Origin: Chlorobiota bacterium | GTDB lineage: Bacteria > Bacteroidota > Bacteroidia > Bacteroidales > JAADJA01 | Length of the DNA: 64,000 bases | Assembly (NCBI GenBank): GCA_013151015.1 | Contig: JAADJA010000044.1 | Span: 1,417 to 65,416 of the forward strand | Direction: 5' to 3' | Shown here: positions 1 through 8,928 of the stretch, piece after piece | How the letters are laid out: each line of letters starts with the position of its first letter | How positions within the stretch are numbered: the first letter of the stretch is position 1 | The notes under the pieces: generated by a model | What the model was told of the DNA's origin: nothing | The model's input: the letters and a program-made list of their open reading frames with translations, nothing else | The model's database searches: none | Position numbers and translations under genes: made by a program

Positions 1-1072
1 CGGCAGCTATCAAAACTTCCCCCTCCCCCGTTTTTACCATCGAACGAATTTTCTCAGAAAACCCGGCCAAATCGGTAAGTTCATTTAATTGCGGATCGTA
101 CATTTTCACGTAACCCATTCCGGCTGTGTTCACGGCCAAAAACAGTGCATCTTCAAAAACCGGTGCATAATCCACCACCTCAAAGATAGTGAACAAGCGT
201 TGCTTTTCCTTTTCCGAATCAACGTACCAGGTAACCAGGCTTGTAGGCCCGCTATTTTTGCTCTGCATATCGCACAACAAAAATTCATTGAAACGAAAAA
301 TGCGACCCGGCTTTTCATTTTGGCCTATTTCAGCCGTGAACACTGGGTTCCCTGTTGCCGAGTAAGCTTTGATGTTAAAATAATTATTGGCCACGAACAA
401 CAAATCGCTATGGTGAAGACAATCCGCATTGTGCATCGGGAAAAACGGAATCGGTGCCAGCTCCCACTCCAATTGGTAATCCAACAAACGGTACGACCGT
501 AGGTTGAGCAATTCCGTTCCTGCAATATGCAGTTGCCCATCAGCAGAGCTTAAAGAAGAACCCGCATAATCCCCATCTATGGTAAACTTAACCACAATGC
601 TGTCTTTATCGGGAAAAAGGGCAGAAACACCGATCTGCTGTTCGGAAACCTTTGTTAAAATCACAACATCTTCCAGTTTCTTTTCAAGGATATTGACCAA
701 AACCGGTTGGTACTTATTTTTGAAATTTGTTCCATTATCTGCCACCACGAGCAAGTAATTATTGGGATTGGCGATTTCTGCCTGGCCCAATGGATATTCG
801 GTTTCCAGTTCAAACTTTGTGGAGCCCGGGTAAAAATAAAATGCTTCGCCTAAGGGCAACAATTCACTATCTACCAAAACCAATTTCACACTTTCGATGA
901 TGGATTTATCAGAAATCTGGCAATGAACGGAAATTGTATCTTCAAAACCAAACTCCTGGTTTTCGTGGGGCGAATAAAAAACAACCTCCGGGACCGTGGT
1001 TTCCTTTTTCTTGCACGAAACCGAAAAGGCCAGAATAAAAACAAATCCAATAAAAACTATTTTTTTATACAT
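1..1072 (-). CDS. Lipoprotein of unknown function (C-terminal end runs off the window start)
   Basis: Minus-strand ATG at 1072-1070. Translation MYKKIVFIGFVFILAFSVSCKKKETT gives a signal peptide plus lipobox Cys. I checked the frame by hand near the start (bases ~841-1072) and at the window edge (bases 2-60, ending ...VKTGEGEVLIAA) and found no stop; the middle was translated more loosely. It is absent from the ORF track because it has no stop inside the window. Confidence 0.6.
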   Translation of the reverse strand, partial: MYKKIVFIGFVFILAFSVSCKKKETTVPEVVFYSPHENQEFGFEDTISVHCQISDKSIIESVKLVLVDSELLPLGEAFYFYPGSTKFELETEYPLGQAEIANPNNYLLVVADNGTNFKNKYQPVLVNILEKKLEDVVILTKVSEQQIGVSALFPDKDSIVVKFTIDGDYAGSSLSSADGQLHIAGTELLNLRSYRLLDYQLEWELAPIPFFPMHNADCLHHSDLLFVANNYFNIKAYSATGNPVFTAEIGQNEKPGRIFRFNEFLLCDMQSKNSGPTSLVTWYVDSEKEKQRLFTIFEVVDYAPVFEDALFLAVNTAGMGYVKMYDPQLNELTDLAGFSEKIRSMVKTGEGEVLIAA

Positions 1073-1093
1073 TTTTCATTCCTTCGTTTCAAT

Positions 1094-1244
1094 GTAACTA
1101 ATCAGTATGGGCCAATTGTTGAAAAACTTAATAAAACTATTACCCAATTATTCCCTCTTGAGAGGGGAATCAGGGATATGTAAATTAAAAGCCAACTATT
1201 TTATTAGCTCTTTCTCCCATTTCAGTACGTTACTGATTAGTTGT
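1094..1244. repeat. Degenerate IR-bounded element with the same TIR core as the MITE at 37860-38071
   Basis: AACTAATCAGTA (1096-1107) and TACTGATTAGTT (1231-1242) form a perfect 12-bp inverted repeat. The left end reads GTAACTAATCAGTAT, identical to the 37860 element. The outer 2-3 nt of the right end are diverged and no clean TSD is present. Confidence 0.5.
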
Positions 1245-1321
1245 ATTTCGTTTATAAAATTAGCAAATAAATTCTTTGCTTTACAAGGGATTGTGTATTT
1301 TTATGCAAAAATTGTGTTGGT

Positions 1322-2029
1322 ATGCTATATAATCTGAACTTCAACAAAATCCTGTTCCTCGATATCGAAACAGTTCCGATGGTGGAAACCTATGAAAAAC
1401 TTCCCGAAAGGTTCAAAAAACTTTGGGACAAAAAAGCCGGGTACCTGAAAAAGCAAGAGGGCGACACGCCCGAAAAACTTTTTGAACGGGCCGGGATCTA
1501 TTCCGAGTTTGGAAAGATCGTTTGCATTTCCGTTGGCTTTATCAAAAACCGGGAATTCCGCGTAAAATCGTTTTATGGCGATGACGAGAAAACCCTCCTC
1601 GAAGGGTTTTCCGGCCTGTTGAACAAACATTATCACGACAGGGACAGTTTATTATGTGCACACAATGGCAAGGAATTCGACTATCCGTACATAGCCCGGC
1701 GAATGATCATCAACGGATTGCAACTTCCCAAGATATTGAACATCGCCGGCAAAAAACCCTGGGAGGTCGCCCACCTCGATACGATGGAACTCTGGAAATT
1801 CGGTGACTACAAAAGCTATACTTCCCTTGAACTTTTAGCGGCAATTTTTGGGATACCCACGCCAAAAGGGGATATTGATGGCAGTCAGGTGGCCAGTGTT
1901 TATTATAAGGACAAAGACCTGGAACGTATCTCGAAATACTGCCAACGAGATACCTTAACGGTTGCCCAGGTACTTTTAAGCTTTATGGGAAAGGCACATA
2001 TCAAGGAGGAAGATGTGGTTTATTCTTAG
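1322..2029 (+). CDS. 3'-5' exonuclease, RNase H-like fold (PolB-exonuclease-like/DnaQ-like)
   Basis: ILFLDIETVP (Exo I DxE), CAHNGKEFDYPYI (Exo II) and YCQRDT (Exo III) lie in the right order and spacing. Confidence 0.75.
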   Translation: MLYNLNFNKILFLDIETVPMVETYEKLPERFKKLWDKKAGYLKKQEGDTPEKLFERAGIYSEFGKIVCISVGFIKNREFRVKSFYGDDEKTLLEGFSGLLNKHYHDRDSLLCAHNGKEFDYPYIARRMIINGLQLPKILNIAGKKPWEVAHLDTMELWKFGDYKSYTSLELLAAIFGIPTPKGDIDGSQVASVYYKDKDLERISKYCQRDTLTVAQVLLSFMGKAHIKEEDVVYS

Positions 2030-2125
2030 GCAATGACCTTCCAGAGTCGGAACGACCTGGAAGCGTCAGGCAAGGGCCAAAAGCGACAGACAAGAGTCAG
2101 CAAACAAAAATCAACAAAAGTAATT

Positions 2126-2566
2126 ATGCGAACACCTAAACATTTTATCATTTTATACATATTCTCTTTTCTTGCATTTACCTCTTGCGAATACATTCCC
2201 AAGGGGGAAAGTTTCAAGGAAGTCAATCCGGATGTGCCGCCACCGGATATAGTCCTCGATCTGAGTTTTGAAACGGATACGTTGATGATAGAAAACCATC
2301 CGTTTACCATTGCCTATTCGGCAGATGCAGGCGACAACCTTGTTTATGCCATTTTCCTGATGGTGGGACAGGACACTTTGCAGGCCGATTACGATAGCAG
2401 TGGCCATTTCACGTTCACGCCCGGCACTTTTTATGAAGCGGGTACGCACGACCTCCAAATGGATGTGATCACAAATACCAATACGGGCAGCCTGGCCGAT
2501 GTTGCCGGTTACGAGTATCTGACTTTTGAGTATCATTGGACACTGATTATTGAAAACGCATGGTGA
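2126..2566 (+). CDS. Small lipoprotein of unknown function
   Basis: The internal ATG at 2126 gives MRTPKHFIILYIFSFLAFTSCEY, a signal peptide with lipobox. The stop overlaps the next gene's start region. Confidence 0.55.
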   Translation: MRTPKHFIILYIFSFLAFTSCEYIPKGESFKEVNPDVPPPDIVLDLSFETDTLMIENHPFTIAYSADAGDNLVYAIFLMVGQDTLQADYDSSGHFTFTPGTFYEAGTHDLQMDVITNTNTGSLADVAGYEYLTFEYHWTLIIENAW

Positions 2567-3303
2567 TGAAAAAAACCATACACATATTTATCGCCCTGGC
2601 CTTCTTCTCCATTTTTGGTTACGGACAAGATGTCCGCTTTGGGTTCCAAACGGGGATTGGCAGCTATAAAATGAAAGACCTCCATGACCTTAACAAATCC
2701 CTGGCCGCCCCTTTGCCTTCAGATGATGCAATTATCAACGACTTGCCGCCCTATGTTTATTTACAGGCAGAAGCCGGTTTGGGTTTCCTTGAAAACCGCT
2801 TTTCCATTGGATTCGTGGTATCGGCCCATTCCACGGGTTCACGGGTTTATTACAGCGATTATTCGGGCATTTACCGCTTCGACCAGAAGATTTCGGATTA
2901 CACCCTGGGCTCCATATTCAAAGCTAGGCTGTTCCGGTTCCCGAAATTCGATATTGACTCCTACACCGAATTTGGGTTTTCTACCACCACATTAACAACG
3001 GATGAGTATTTCCAGATAGGTTCCGAATTTGTGGAGAGGAAACAAACATACGATTCTTCCCCTGCATACATTGAACCCGGGATCAGGTTCAATTACCGGA
3101 TAAAAAAAATGACCCTTGGGCTCAATGCAGGATTTGCCGTGGGAATCGGGGACACGTTTACGATTATCGGAAACGAAATCGTCATCCTCACAAACCCGGT
3201 GACAAGGGAACGGATACTTGCCGATTGGAGCGGTTTCCGCTTCGGTGTTACGGCCTCATTTAAGCTTTTCACGATAGTGAGCCATCACCCGGGCAAACAA
3301 TGA
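2560..3303 (+). CDS. Putative outer-membrane beta-barrel protein
   Basis: Signal peptide MKKTIHIFIALAFFSIFGYGQ. The sequence has an alternating hydrophobic/aromatic beta-strand pattern. The start overlaps the upstream stop, and an ATGA overlap links it to the downstream gene. Confidence 0.5.
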   Translation: MVMKKTIHIFIALAFFSIFGYGQDVRFGFQTGIGSYKMKDLHDLNKSLAAPLPSDDAIINDLPPYVYLQAEAGLGFLENRFSIGFVVSAHSTGSRVYYSDYSGIYRFDQKISDYTLGSIFKARLFRFPKFDIDSYTEFGFSTTTLTTDEYFQIGSEFVERKQTYDSSPAYIEPGIRFNYRIKKMTLGLNAGFAVGIGDTFTIIGNEIVILTNPVTRERILADWSGFRFGVTASFKLFTIVSHHPGKQ

Positions 3304-3716
3304 AAAATATAAAGATTATCATATTGCCCCTCTTGATCCTCTTGGGAAGCTGCAAAATAAAACAGGATTGCATTTGCCCCAATTTACATGAACCGGTTTG
3401 TGGTGCCAATGGCAAAACCTATGAAAATGAATGTCTGGCAAAATGTGACGACATCACTTACATTTCGGGTGAATGCCCGGTTTACGGTATTGGGACAATT
3501 CAATATGAAGGGGACACAAGCCAAAACGCTTGCGGTTACTTTATCAATATCCTGAACGAAAAATACAAGCCACTGGATTTGGCCCCTCAATTTCAGGTGG
3601 ACGAACTACTTGTTAGCCTTAAATACAGAAAGCTAAACGAATATTACATTTGTGATAACCCTTACGGCAATTACCGGAAGATTGAGATATTGGAGATTGA
3701 TGCGATCGTGCCATAA
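3300..3716 (+). CDS. Kazal-type protease-inhibitor-domain lipoprotein
   Basis: Lipobox LLGSC is followed by CICPNLHEPVCGANGKTYENECLAKCDDITYISGEC. This fits the Kazal signature PVCG-x-x-G-x-TY-x-N-x-C-x3-C...G-x-C. Confidence 0.75.
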   Translation: MKNIKIIILPLLILLGSCKIKQDCICPNLHEPVCGANGKTYENECLAKCDDITYISGECPVYGIGTIQYEGDTSQNACGYFINILNEKYKPLDLAPQFQVDELLVSLKYRKLNEYYICDNPYGNYRKIEILEIDAIVP

Positions 3717-3734
3717 TCCAAATGGCCACCATTA

Positions 3735-4469
3735 CCCGTTGGTGTTGTCACCAACGGGAATCCTCAAACCACATGCAGAAAGCGTCCACGCTTGTTAAAA
3801 TAGCACATTCATCCGATGACTTCGGGTCACCCACATGGAACAAGCGTCCACGCTTGTGATATCCCATATTCATCCGATGACTTCGAGTCATCGGATGAAT
3901 AAGTTACCGTTCAAGTTGGTGACAACACCAACATGGGGCAGGGGTTAATCATCATGTGGAGTGCACAATTAGCGTGGACGCTAATTGCATTTATATCTAA
4001 GCAGGAATCATGACTGCCGCCCGTTGGTGCTGTCACCAACGGGAATCCATAAACCACATGCAGAAAGCGTCCACGCTTGTTAAAATAGCACATTCATCCG
4101 ATGACTTCGGGTCACCCACATGGAACAAGTGTCCACGCTTGTGAGATTGCATATTCATCCGATGACTTCGCGTCACCCATATGGAACAAGCGTCCACGCT
4201 TGTGATATCCCATATTCATCCGATGACTTCGAGTCATCGGATGAATATGTTACCGTTCAAGTTGGTGACAACACCGATATGGGGCAGGGCTTAACCATCA
4301 TGTGGAGTGCACAATTAGCGTGGACGCTAATTGCATATAAATCTAAGCAGGAATCATGACTGCCGCCCGTTGGTGTTGTCACCAACGGGAATCCATAAAC
4401 CATATGCAGCAAGCGTCCACGCTTGTGAAAACAGCACATTCATCCGATGACTTCGAGTCATCGGATGAG
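3735..4469. repeat. Mosaic array of palindromic (REP-like) modules, about 2.5 composite units
   Basis: Hairpin A is cccGTTGGTGttgtCACCAACggg (starting at 3735, ~4020 and ~4366). Hairpin B is GTTGGTGacaaCACCAAC (core starting at 3915 and 4261). A small hairpin AAGCGtccaCGCTT occurs, and its inverse sits inside GCAATTAGCGtggaCGCTAATTGC. A 13-bp-stem hairpin TTCATCCGATGACttcgaGTCATCGGATGAA occurs as three full copies (~3889, ~4215, ~4439) plus three half copies. Confidence 0.9.
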
Positions 4470-4482
4470 TAAGCATGAAAAC

Positions 4483-5820
4483 TTATTGCATACCCAATTT
4501 ACGGAACCTTATCAATTCATATCCCAAAAACCCATACAACAATAGATATTCCCCACCCACCAGCCACATACTTTCCTTAAAACCGCTATTCCCATAGGCA
4601 TAATAGGAAAGCATGACGAGCAAGCTCCACAAAACCACAAAACGGTAATGGGTAAAAACAGAAATGATCAAAGGCAGGGCTATATACCAGGGATGTACCG
4701 TGGTGGAGAAGAAATAATAAACCGAAATGGCCATCAACATGGAAACCATCATTTGCCTGGGCCGCTCGTTCTTTGGAATAAATGTCAGGAGTAAAATTAC
4801 AATCAATGAGGCAAGGCCGAGAATAGGCCCGAGTTTCTGGATGATGTTCCAACCTTTCAGGTGGAAACCGATTTCACGGAACAAATAATAAAAACTCGCA
4901 TTGAACTCAAACTTCCGAAAGTAGAGGTCGATGCTCGACATGAAATTTTCGACCAGATCCATACTGAGAAAAGGGAGGAAAAGAAGGATAGAAACCATGC
5001 CCACGATCAGGTAATACTTTATGCTGTTCCATTGCCCCAGTTTTTTCATAAAGAAAGGGAGGAACAATAAAGGGATGAGTTTTACCGAAGCTGACAGGGC
5101 CAACATCACTGCCGATAATTTTTGTTTTTCCCTCAGGAGCAAATAAAGGGAAAATACGAGAAAGAAAACCGTTAGCCCTTCAAAGTGCAGGTTTCCCGTC
5201 ATTTCAATAATAATGAAGGGGTTTAAAGTATAAAGTAAAATATTGGATTGGGGCAGATCCAATCGTTTCAGGATTTTGCGGGCATAAAAAAAAGTCCCCA
5301 GATCCGACAGGACAAGGATGATACGCATCATAACAACACTTCCCAGGATACTTTCAGGAAACAGAAAGGCCGGCAGCAAAAAAACAAACTGGTTCACCGG
5401 TGGGTAACAGGTATAATTCCCCGGCGATATGCTCCCCTGTCCTTTCAGTAACTCCGCAGCATCGCTTCCCACACGGGCCATATCCACTGTTCCCACAAAG
5501 TCTTTCGGCAAAACGAGATAGGGGTTGATCCCCAAAACCGACATCCGCCCATCCCAGATAAAGCGGTAAAAATCGTTGGAAAGGGCCGGAAGGGCAAACA
5601 GGAAAATCAGGCGGAGGACAAAGGCAATTTTTAACGAAAACCCAAGATCGGATTCATTCTTTACCTTCTGATAATAAAACATGAAAGCAGCAAATAGAAC
5701 CGCATACAGGCTTATCATGCGAACAAAGTCCTCCCTCACCGTAAAATAGGCAAACACAAAATACACGGGAACAGATACCGCAAGGAAAGCGTAATTTGTT
5801 TTATTTTGTTTATTGGACAT
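4483..5820 (-). CDS. Polytopic membrane protein, putative GT-C-fold (DUF2029/PMT_2-like) glycosyltransferase
   Basis: 445 aa with about 11 predicted TM segments. An acidic/aromatic loop NDFYRFIWDG follows the early TM segments. It lies downstream of two GT2 genes on the same strand. Confidence 0.55.
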   Translation of the reverse strand: MSNKQNKTNYAFLAVSVPVYFVFAYFTVREDFVRMISLYAVLFAAFMFYYQKVKNESDLGFSLKIAFVLRLIFLFALPALSNDFYRFIWDGRMSVLGINPYLVLPKDFVGTVDMARVGSDAAELLKGQGSISPGNYTCYPPVNQFVFLLPAFLFPESILGSVVMMRIILVLSDLGTFFYARKILKRLDLPQSNILLYTLNPFIIIEMTGNLHFEGLTVFFLVFSLYLLLREKQKLSAVMLALSASVKLIPLLFLPFFMKKLGQWNSIKYYLIVGMVSILLFLPFLSMDLVENFMSSIDLYFRKFEFNASFYYLFREIGFHLKGWNIIQKLGPILGLASLIVILLLTFIPKNERPRQMMVSMLMAISVYYFFSTTVHPWYIALPLIISVFTHYRFVVLWSLLVMLSYYAYGNSGFKESMWLVGGEYLLLYGFLGYELIRFRKLGMQ

Positions 5821-5997
5821 TGTAGATTTTAACAGAATGGCAAAAATAGCATATTGAATTAATCTGGGGACTCATGCTTTCATTAGTTCTTAAAAAAACC
5901 CCACGGAGTGGTTGAACAAAAATAACCATAGGTACAACCTGTGGAATATATAAGCAATCGAAAAATAACCCCGAAGGAGTTGATCATGTTTACAAAA

Positions 5998-7485
5998 TCA
6001 ATTCACCTGCCGAACAGATAACCAAAACACAAACCCAAAGCCACCGAACAGCATCACATGAAAAGGAAGGAGGCCAAATTCTTTCAGGAAAAAGGCACTG
6101 ATGATCCCGCCAAGGAAGTACAACGACAGCAGGCCCTCCATGACCGTAACGATGCTCAGGTTGTTCACAAGGTATTTATTGCCCTTCCATTTATCAGTGT
6201 TTTCCACAATATTGAATTTTGGTGTCCGGATGAAAGATGTTTTTTTACCAAGGTAACCTTCCATCACTGCCACTGAATTGTGCAAGGACATTCCCATGGA
6301 CGTGGATAAAAACAAGATGAATTCCCTGGAAAATTTCATAATCCTTTTGAAAAGGTTTTTCTCTGGATTTTGGTATGAGACCCAGTAAAAGGTCATCAAC
6401 ATGGCGGTACAGATTAAAAACAGGCTGCTTATATTGAAAGCCAGGTCAAATTCAGGGGAGGATTTTTTAATGAACAAAATCGGGATACTAAGGAATGCCG
6501 TGGTAAAAACGCATAAGAATATGGCAGAGTTGAACAAATGGAAAATCCCGTGCAATTTATCCTTAAAGGAAGTCTGTTTACTATGGATAATCCGGGACCT
6601 CATCTTCACAAAATTCTCCGCACCTCCTTTTGTCCACCTGAATTGTTGGTTTTTCAAAGCGCTCATCACTACGGGCAATTCTGCCGGAGTCACCACATTT
6701 TCGACAAACTTAAATTTCCAGCCTTTCAATTGGGCGCGGTAGCTCAGGTCAAGGTCTTCGGTAATGGTATCATGTTCCCAGCCCCCGGCATCAATTATGC
6801 ACTGTTTGCGCCAAACGCCCGCCGTTCCATTGAAATTAATGAAATGACCTCCGGCATTTCTCCCCAATTGCTCCACCGAAAAATGGGCATCAAGCCCAAA
6901 AGCCTGTAACTTGGTCAGCAAGGAATAATCCTTATTGATATGCCCCCATTTGGTTTGGACAACACCGATTTTTTCATTTTCGAAATAAGGGATTGTTTTT
7001 AACAGGAAATCTTTTTGAGGAACGAAATCGGCATCAAAAATGGCAATGAATTCACCCTTCGCCCTTTCCATTCCATATTCAAGGGCACCGGCCTTAAACC
7101 CGACCCTGTCCTTTCGTCGGATCACTTTAATGTCGATCCCTTTGGCCGCAGCCTCTTTAACCTTTGTTTCCGTGATTTCCACACTTTCATCCGTGGAATC
7201 GTCCAACACCTGTATTTCAAGTTTTTCATTGGGATAATCAAACCCGCTCACCTGGTCAATCAAGCGCTCCACAACATAAAGTTCGTTGTACAACGGAAGC
7301 TGGACGGTCACATAGGGCACTTTGTCCGGATCGTTCACATCCAATTCCAGGGTATCTGTTTTCAGCCTTTCTTTATGTGCTTTCCGGTATTTCACTACGA
7401 GGGACATTTGCATCAGGCTATACACAAAAATCAACAGCAAAGCCAAACCATAAATACTCAATATTGTTATCTCCAATGTCTCCAC
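5998..7485 (-). CDS. Processive family-2 glycosyltransferase (cellulose-synthase/CslA-like)
   Basis: Motifs DDSTD, FDADF, TEDLDLS and QQFRWTKGG (QxxRW) are present, with an N-terminal TM segment and C-terminal TM segments. Confidence 0.85.
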   Translation of the reverse strand: METLEITILSIYGLALLLIFVYSLMQMSLVVKYRKAHKERLKTDTLELDVNDPDKVPYVTVQLPLYNELYVVERLIDQVSGFDYPNEKLEIQVLDDSTDESVEITETKVKEAAAKGIDIKVIRRKDRVGFKAGALEYGMERAKGEFIAIFDADFVPQKDFLLKTIPYFENEKIGVVQTKWGHINKDYSLLTKLQAFGLDAHFSVEQLGRNAGGHFINFNGTAGVWRKQCIIDAGGWEHDTITEDLDLSYRAQLKGWKFKFVENVVTPAELPVVMSALKNQQFRWTKGGAENFVKMRSRIIHSKQTSFKDKLHGIFHLFNSAIFLCVFTTAFLSIPILFIKKSSPEFDLAFNISSLFLICTAMLMTFYWVSYQNPEKNLFKRIMKFSREFILFLSTSMGMSLHNSVAVMEGYLGKKTSFIRTPKFNIVENTDKWKGNKYLVNNLSIVTVMEGLLSLYFLGGIISAFFLKEFGLLPFHVMLFGGFGFVFWLSVRQVN

Positions 7486-7487
7486 AA

Positions 7488-8174
7488 TTATAGATATTTA
7501 AAAATTGCCAAAATTATTTTCACCCCTGCAAAAATAGTCCCTTTTACCGTGCCTGATACTTTTGATTTCCCAATCCGTTTCCGGTAGGTAACGGGGGTTT
7601 CCGTTGTTTTCATCCCAAGCTTTGCAGCCTTTATTTGCATCTCAATGGTCCAGCCATAAGTTTTATCTTCCATGTTAAGTTCAAGGAGTTTATCGAACTT
7701 GATTGCCCTGAATGGCCCTAAGTCCGTGTATTTGACCCCATAAAAAATCCGCATTAAGCGTGTGGCCAGCCAATTCCCAAAAACCTGTGGCGGTGTCATG
7801 GAACCGGGTTCTTTTTCCCCAAGTGCCCTTGACCCGATCACCATATCAATCCCTTCTTCGGCAATTGGCCTAACAACTTCGGCCAATTCCTCGGGATGAT
7901 CGGAATAATCGGCATCCATAAAAACAATGATATCCGGTTTTTTTTTCTTTTGGGAACAATGGGCAATCCCTTTCAAACAGGCATACCCGTAACCTAATCG
8001 GGATTCGTGGAAAACAGTTGCCCCTGCTTTCACTGCATTTATTGAGGTTTCATCCGATGAATTATTGTTTACGACAATTACCTCACGGACCAATTCCATA
8101 GGAATATCTTCAATCACTTTGCCCACCGAGCATTGCTCGTTATATGCAGGGATAATTACGTCAATGATCGCCAT
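7488..8174 (-). CDS. Family-2 glycosyltransferase, polyprenyl-phosphate sugar synthase-like (DPM1/GtrB-like)
   Basis: IDVIIPAYNE, VVNNNSSDET and FMDADYSD are present. I chose the start at 8174 (MAIIDV...), which sits 2 nt after the upstream gene's stop at 8176. The ORF-track start at 8261 would overlap that gene. Confidence 0.8.
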   Translation of the reverse strand: MAIIDVIIPAYNEQCSVGKVIEDIPMELVREVIVVNNNSSDETSINAVKAGATVFHESRLGYGYACLKGIAHCSQKKKKPDIIVFMDADYSDHPEELAEVVRPIAEEGIDMVIGSRALGEKEPGSMTPPQVFGNWLATRLMRIFYGVKYTDLGPFRAIKFDKLLELNMEDKTYGWTIEMQIKAAKLGMKTTETPVTYRKRIGKSKVSGTVKGTIFAGVKIILAIFKYL

Positions 8175-8175
8175 A

Positions 8176-8928
8176 CTAATATTCATAAACCTGTGAAAGT
8201 TCCCCTCTTTCGTCAAAAAACTTCCAGGTATATTTCCTGGCCCCTTGCTCATAAATACCACAACTGTACTTCACCCCGTTCTTATAGTGAATCCAGAACC
8301 CCTCATAGAGATTATCGTAATAATAGCCCTCGGCAATCAAATTCCCCACTGAATCGTATTCCTTCCACCAGTCAAATTTTTTATCCGCTGAATAATTCCC
8401 TTCTGCACGGATGTTCCCATTTAAACAAAACATCCTCCAAAAACCTTCCCGTTTTCCATCCTCATATTGGCCAATGGACATCAAAGTCCCATCATCACTA
8501 TATTCCTTCCACCATCCTTGTTTTTTGTTATTGTCAAAAATACCATCCTTCATCAAGTTGCCATTGTGATAATAGTATTTCCAATGAGCTTCCTTTTTGC
8601 CGTTTACGAAAAAGCCTTCGGTAATCAAATTCCCTTCTTCATCATATTCCTTCCACCAATCCTGCAATTCATTGTTCACAAAATTGCCTTCGTTTTTCAA
8701 CTTCCCGTTTTCATGATAGAATTTCCAGAAACCTGTTTTGACCCCATCCAACATCCATCCCTCTTCAACCAGGATTCCTTTTTCCGATTTCTTTTTGACA
8801 TAAGCCTTTTCCCCCTTTTTGGGGACATCATCGCCAATAGCCCTAAACGGAACCACAATAGCAATACTTACCAAGGTCAAAAATGTCAATATTAAAAACT
8901 TCTTGTTCATTACGTAATAATTTATCAA
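8176..8928 (-). CDS. MORN-variant repeat protein (YwqK-like), exported
   Basis: About eight repeats of G-x-W-K-x-Y-x-x-x-G-x-L-x-x-E-G-x-(F/Y) follow an N-terminal signal-like segment. Confidence 0.75.
   Translation of the reverse strand: MINYYVMNKKFLILTFLTLVSIAIVVPFRAIGDDVPKKGEKAYVKKKSEKGILVEEGWMLDGVKTGFWKFYHENGKLKNEGNFVNNELQDWWKEYDEEGNLITEGFFVNGKKEAHWKYYYHNGNLMKDGIFDNNKKQGWWKEYSDDGTLMSIGQYEDGKREGFWRMFCLNGNIRAEGNYSADKKFDWWKEYDSVGNLIAEGYYYDNLYEGFWIHYKNGVKYSCGIYEQGARKYTWKFFDERGELSQVYEY

Noticed and set aside
89-540. ORFs 89..502 (+), 130..318 (-) and 325..540 (-)
   Set aside because: They lie inside the partial minus-strand lipoprotein gene (1-1072), whose frame I checked as open at both ends of the visible region. 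Their sequences are Cys/His/Arg-rich noise.
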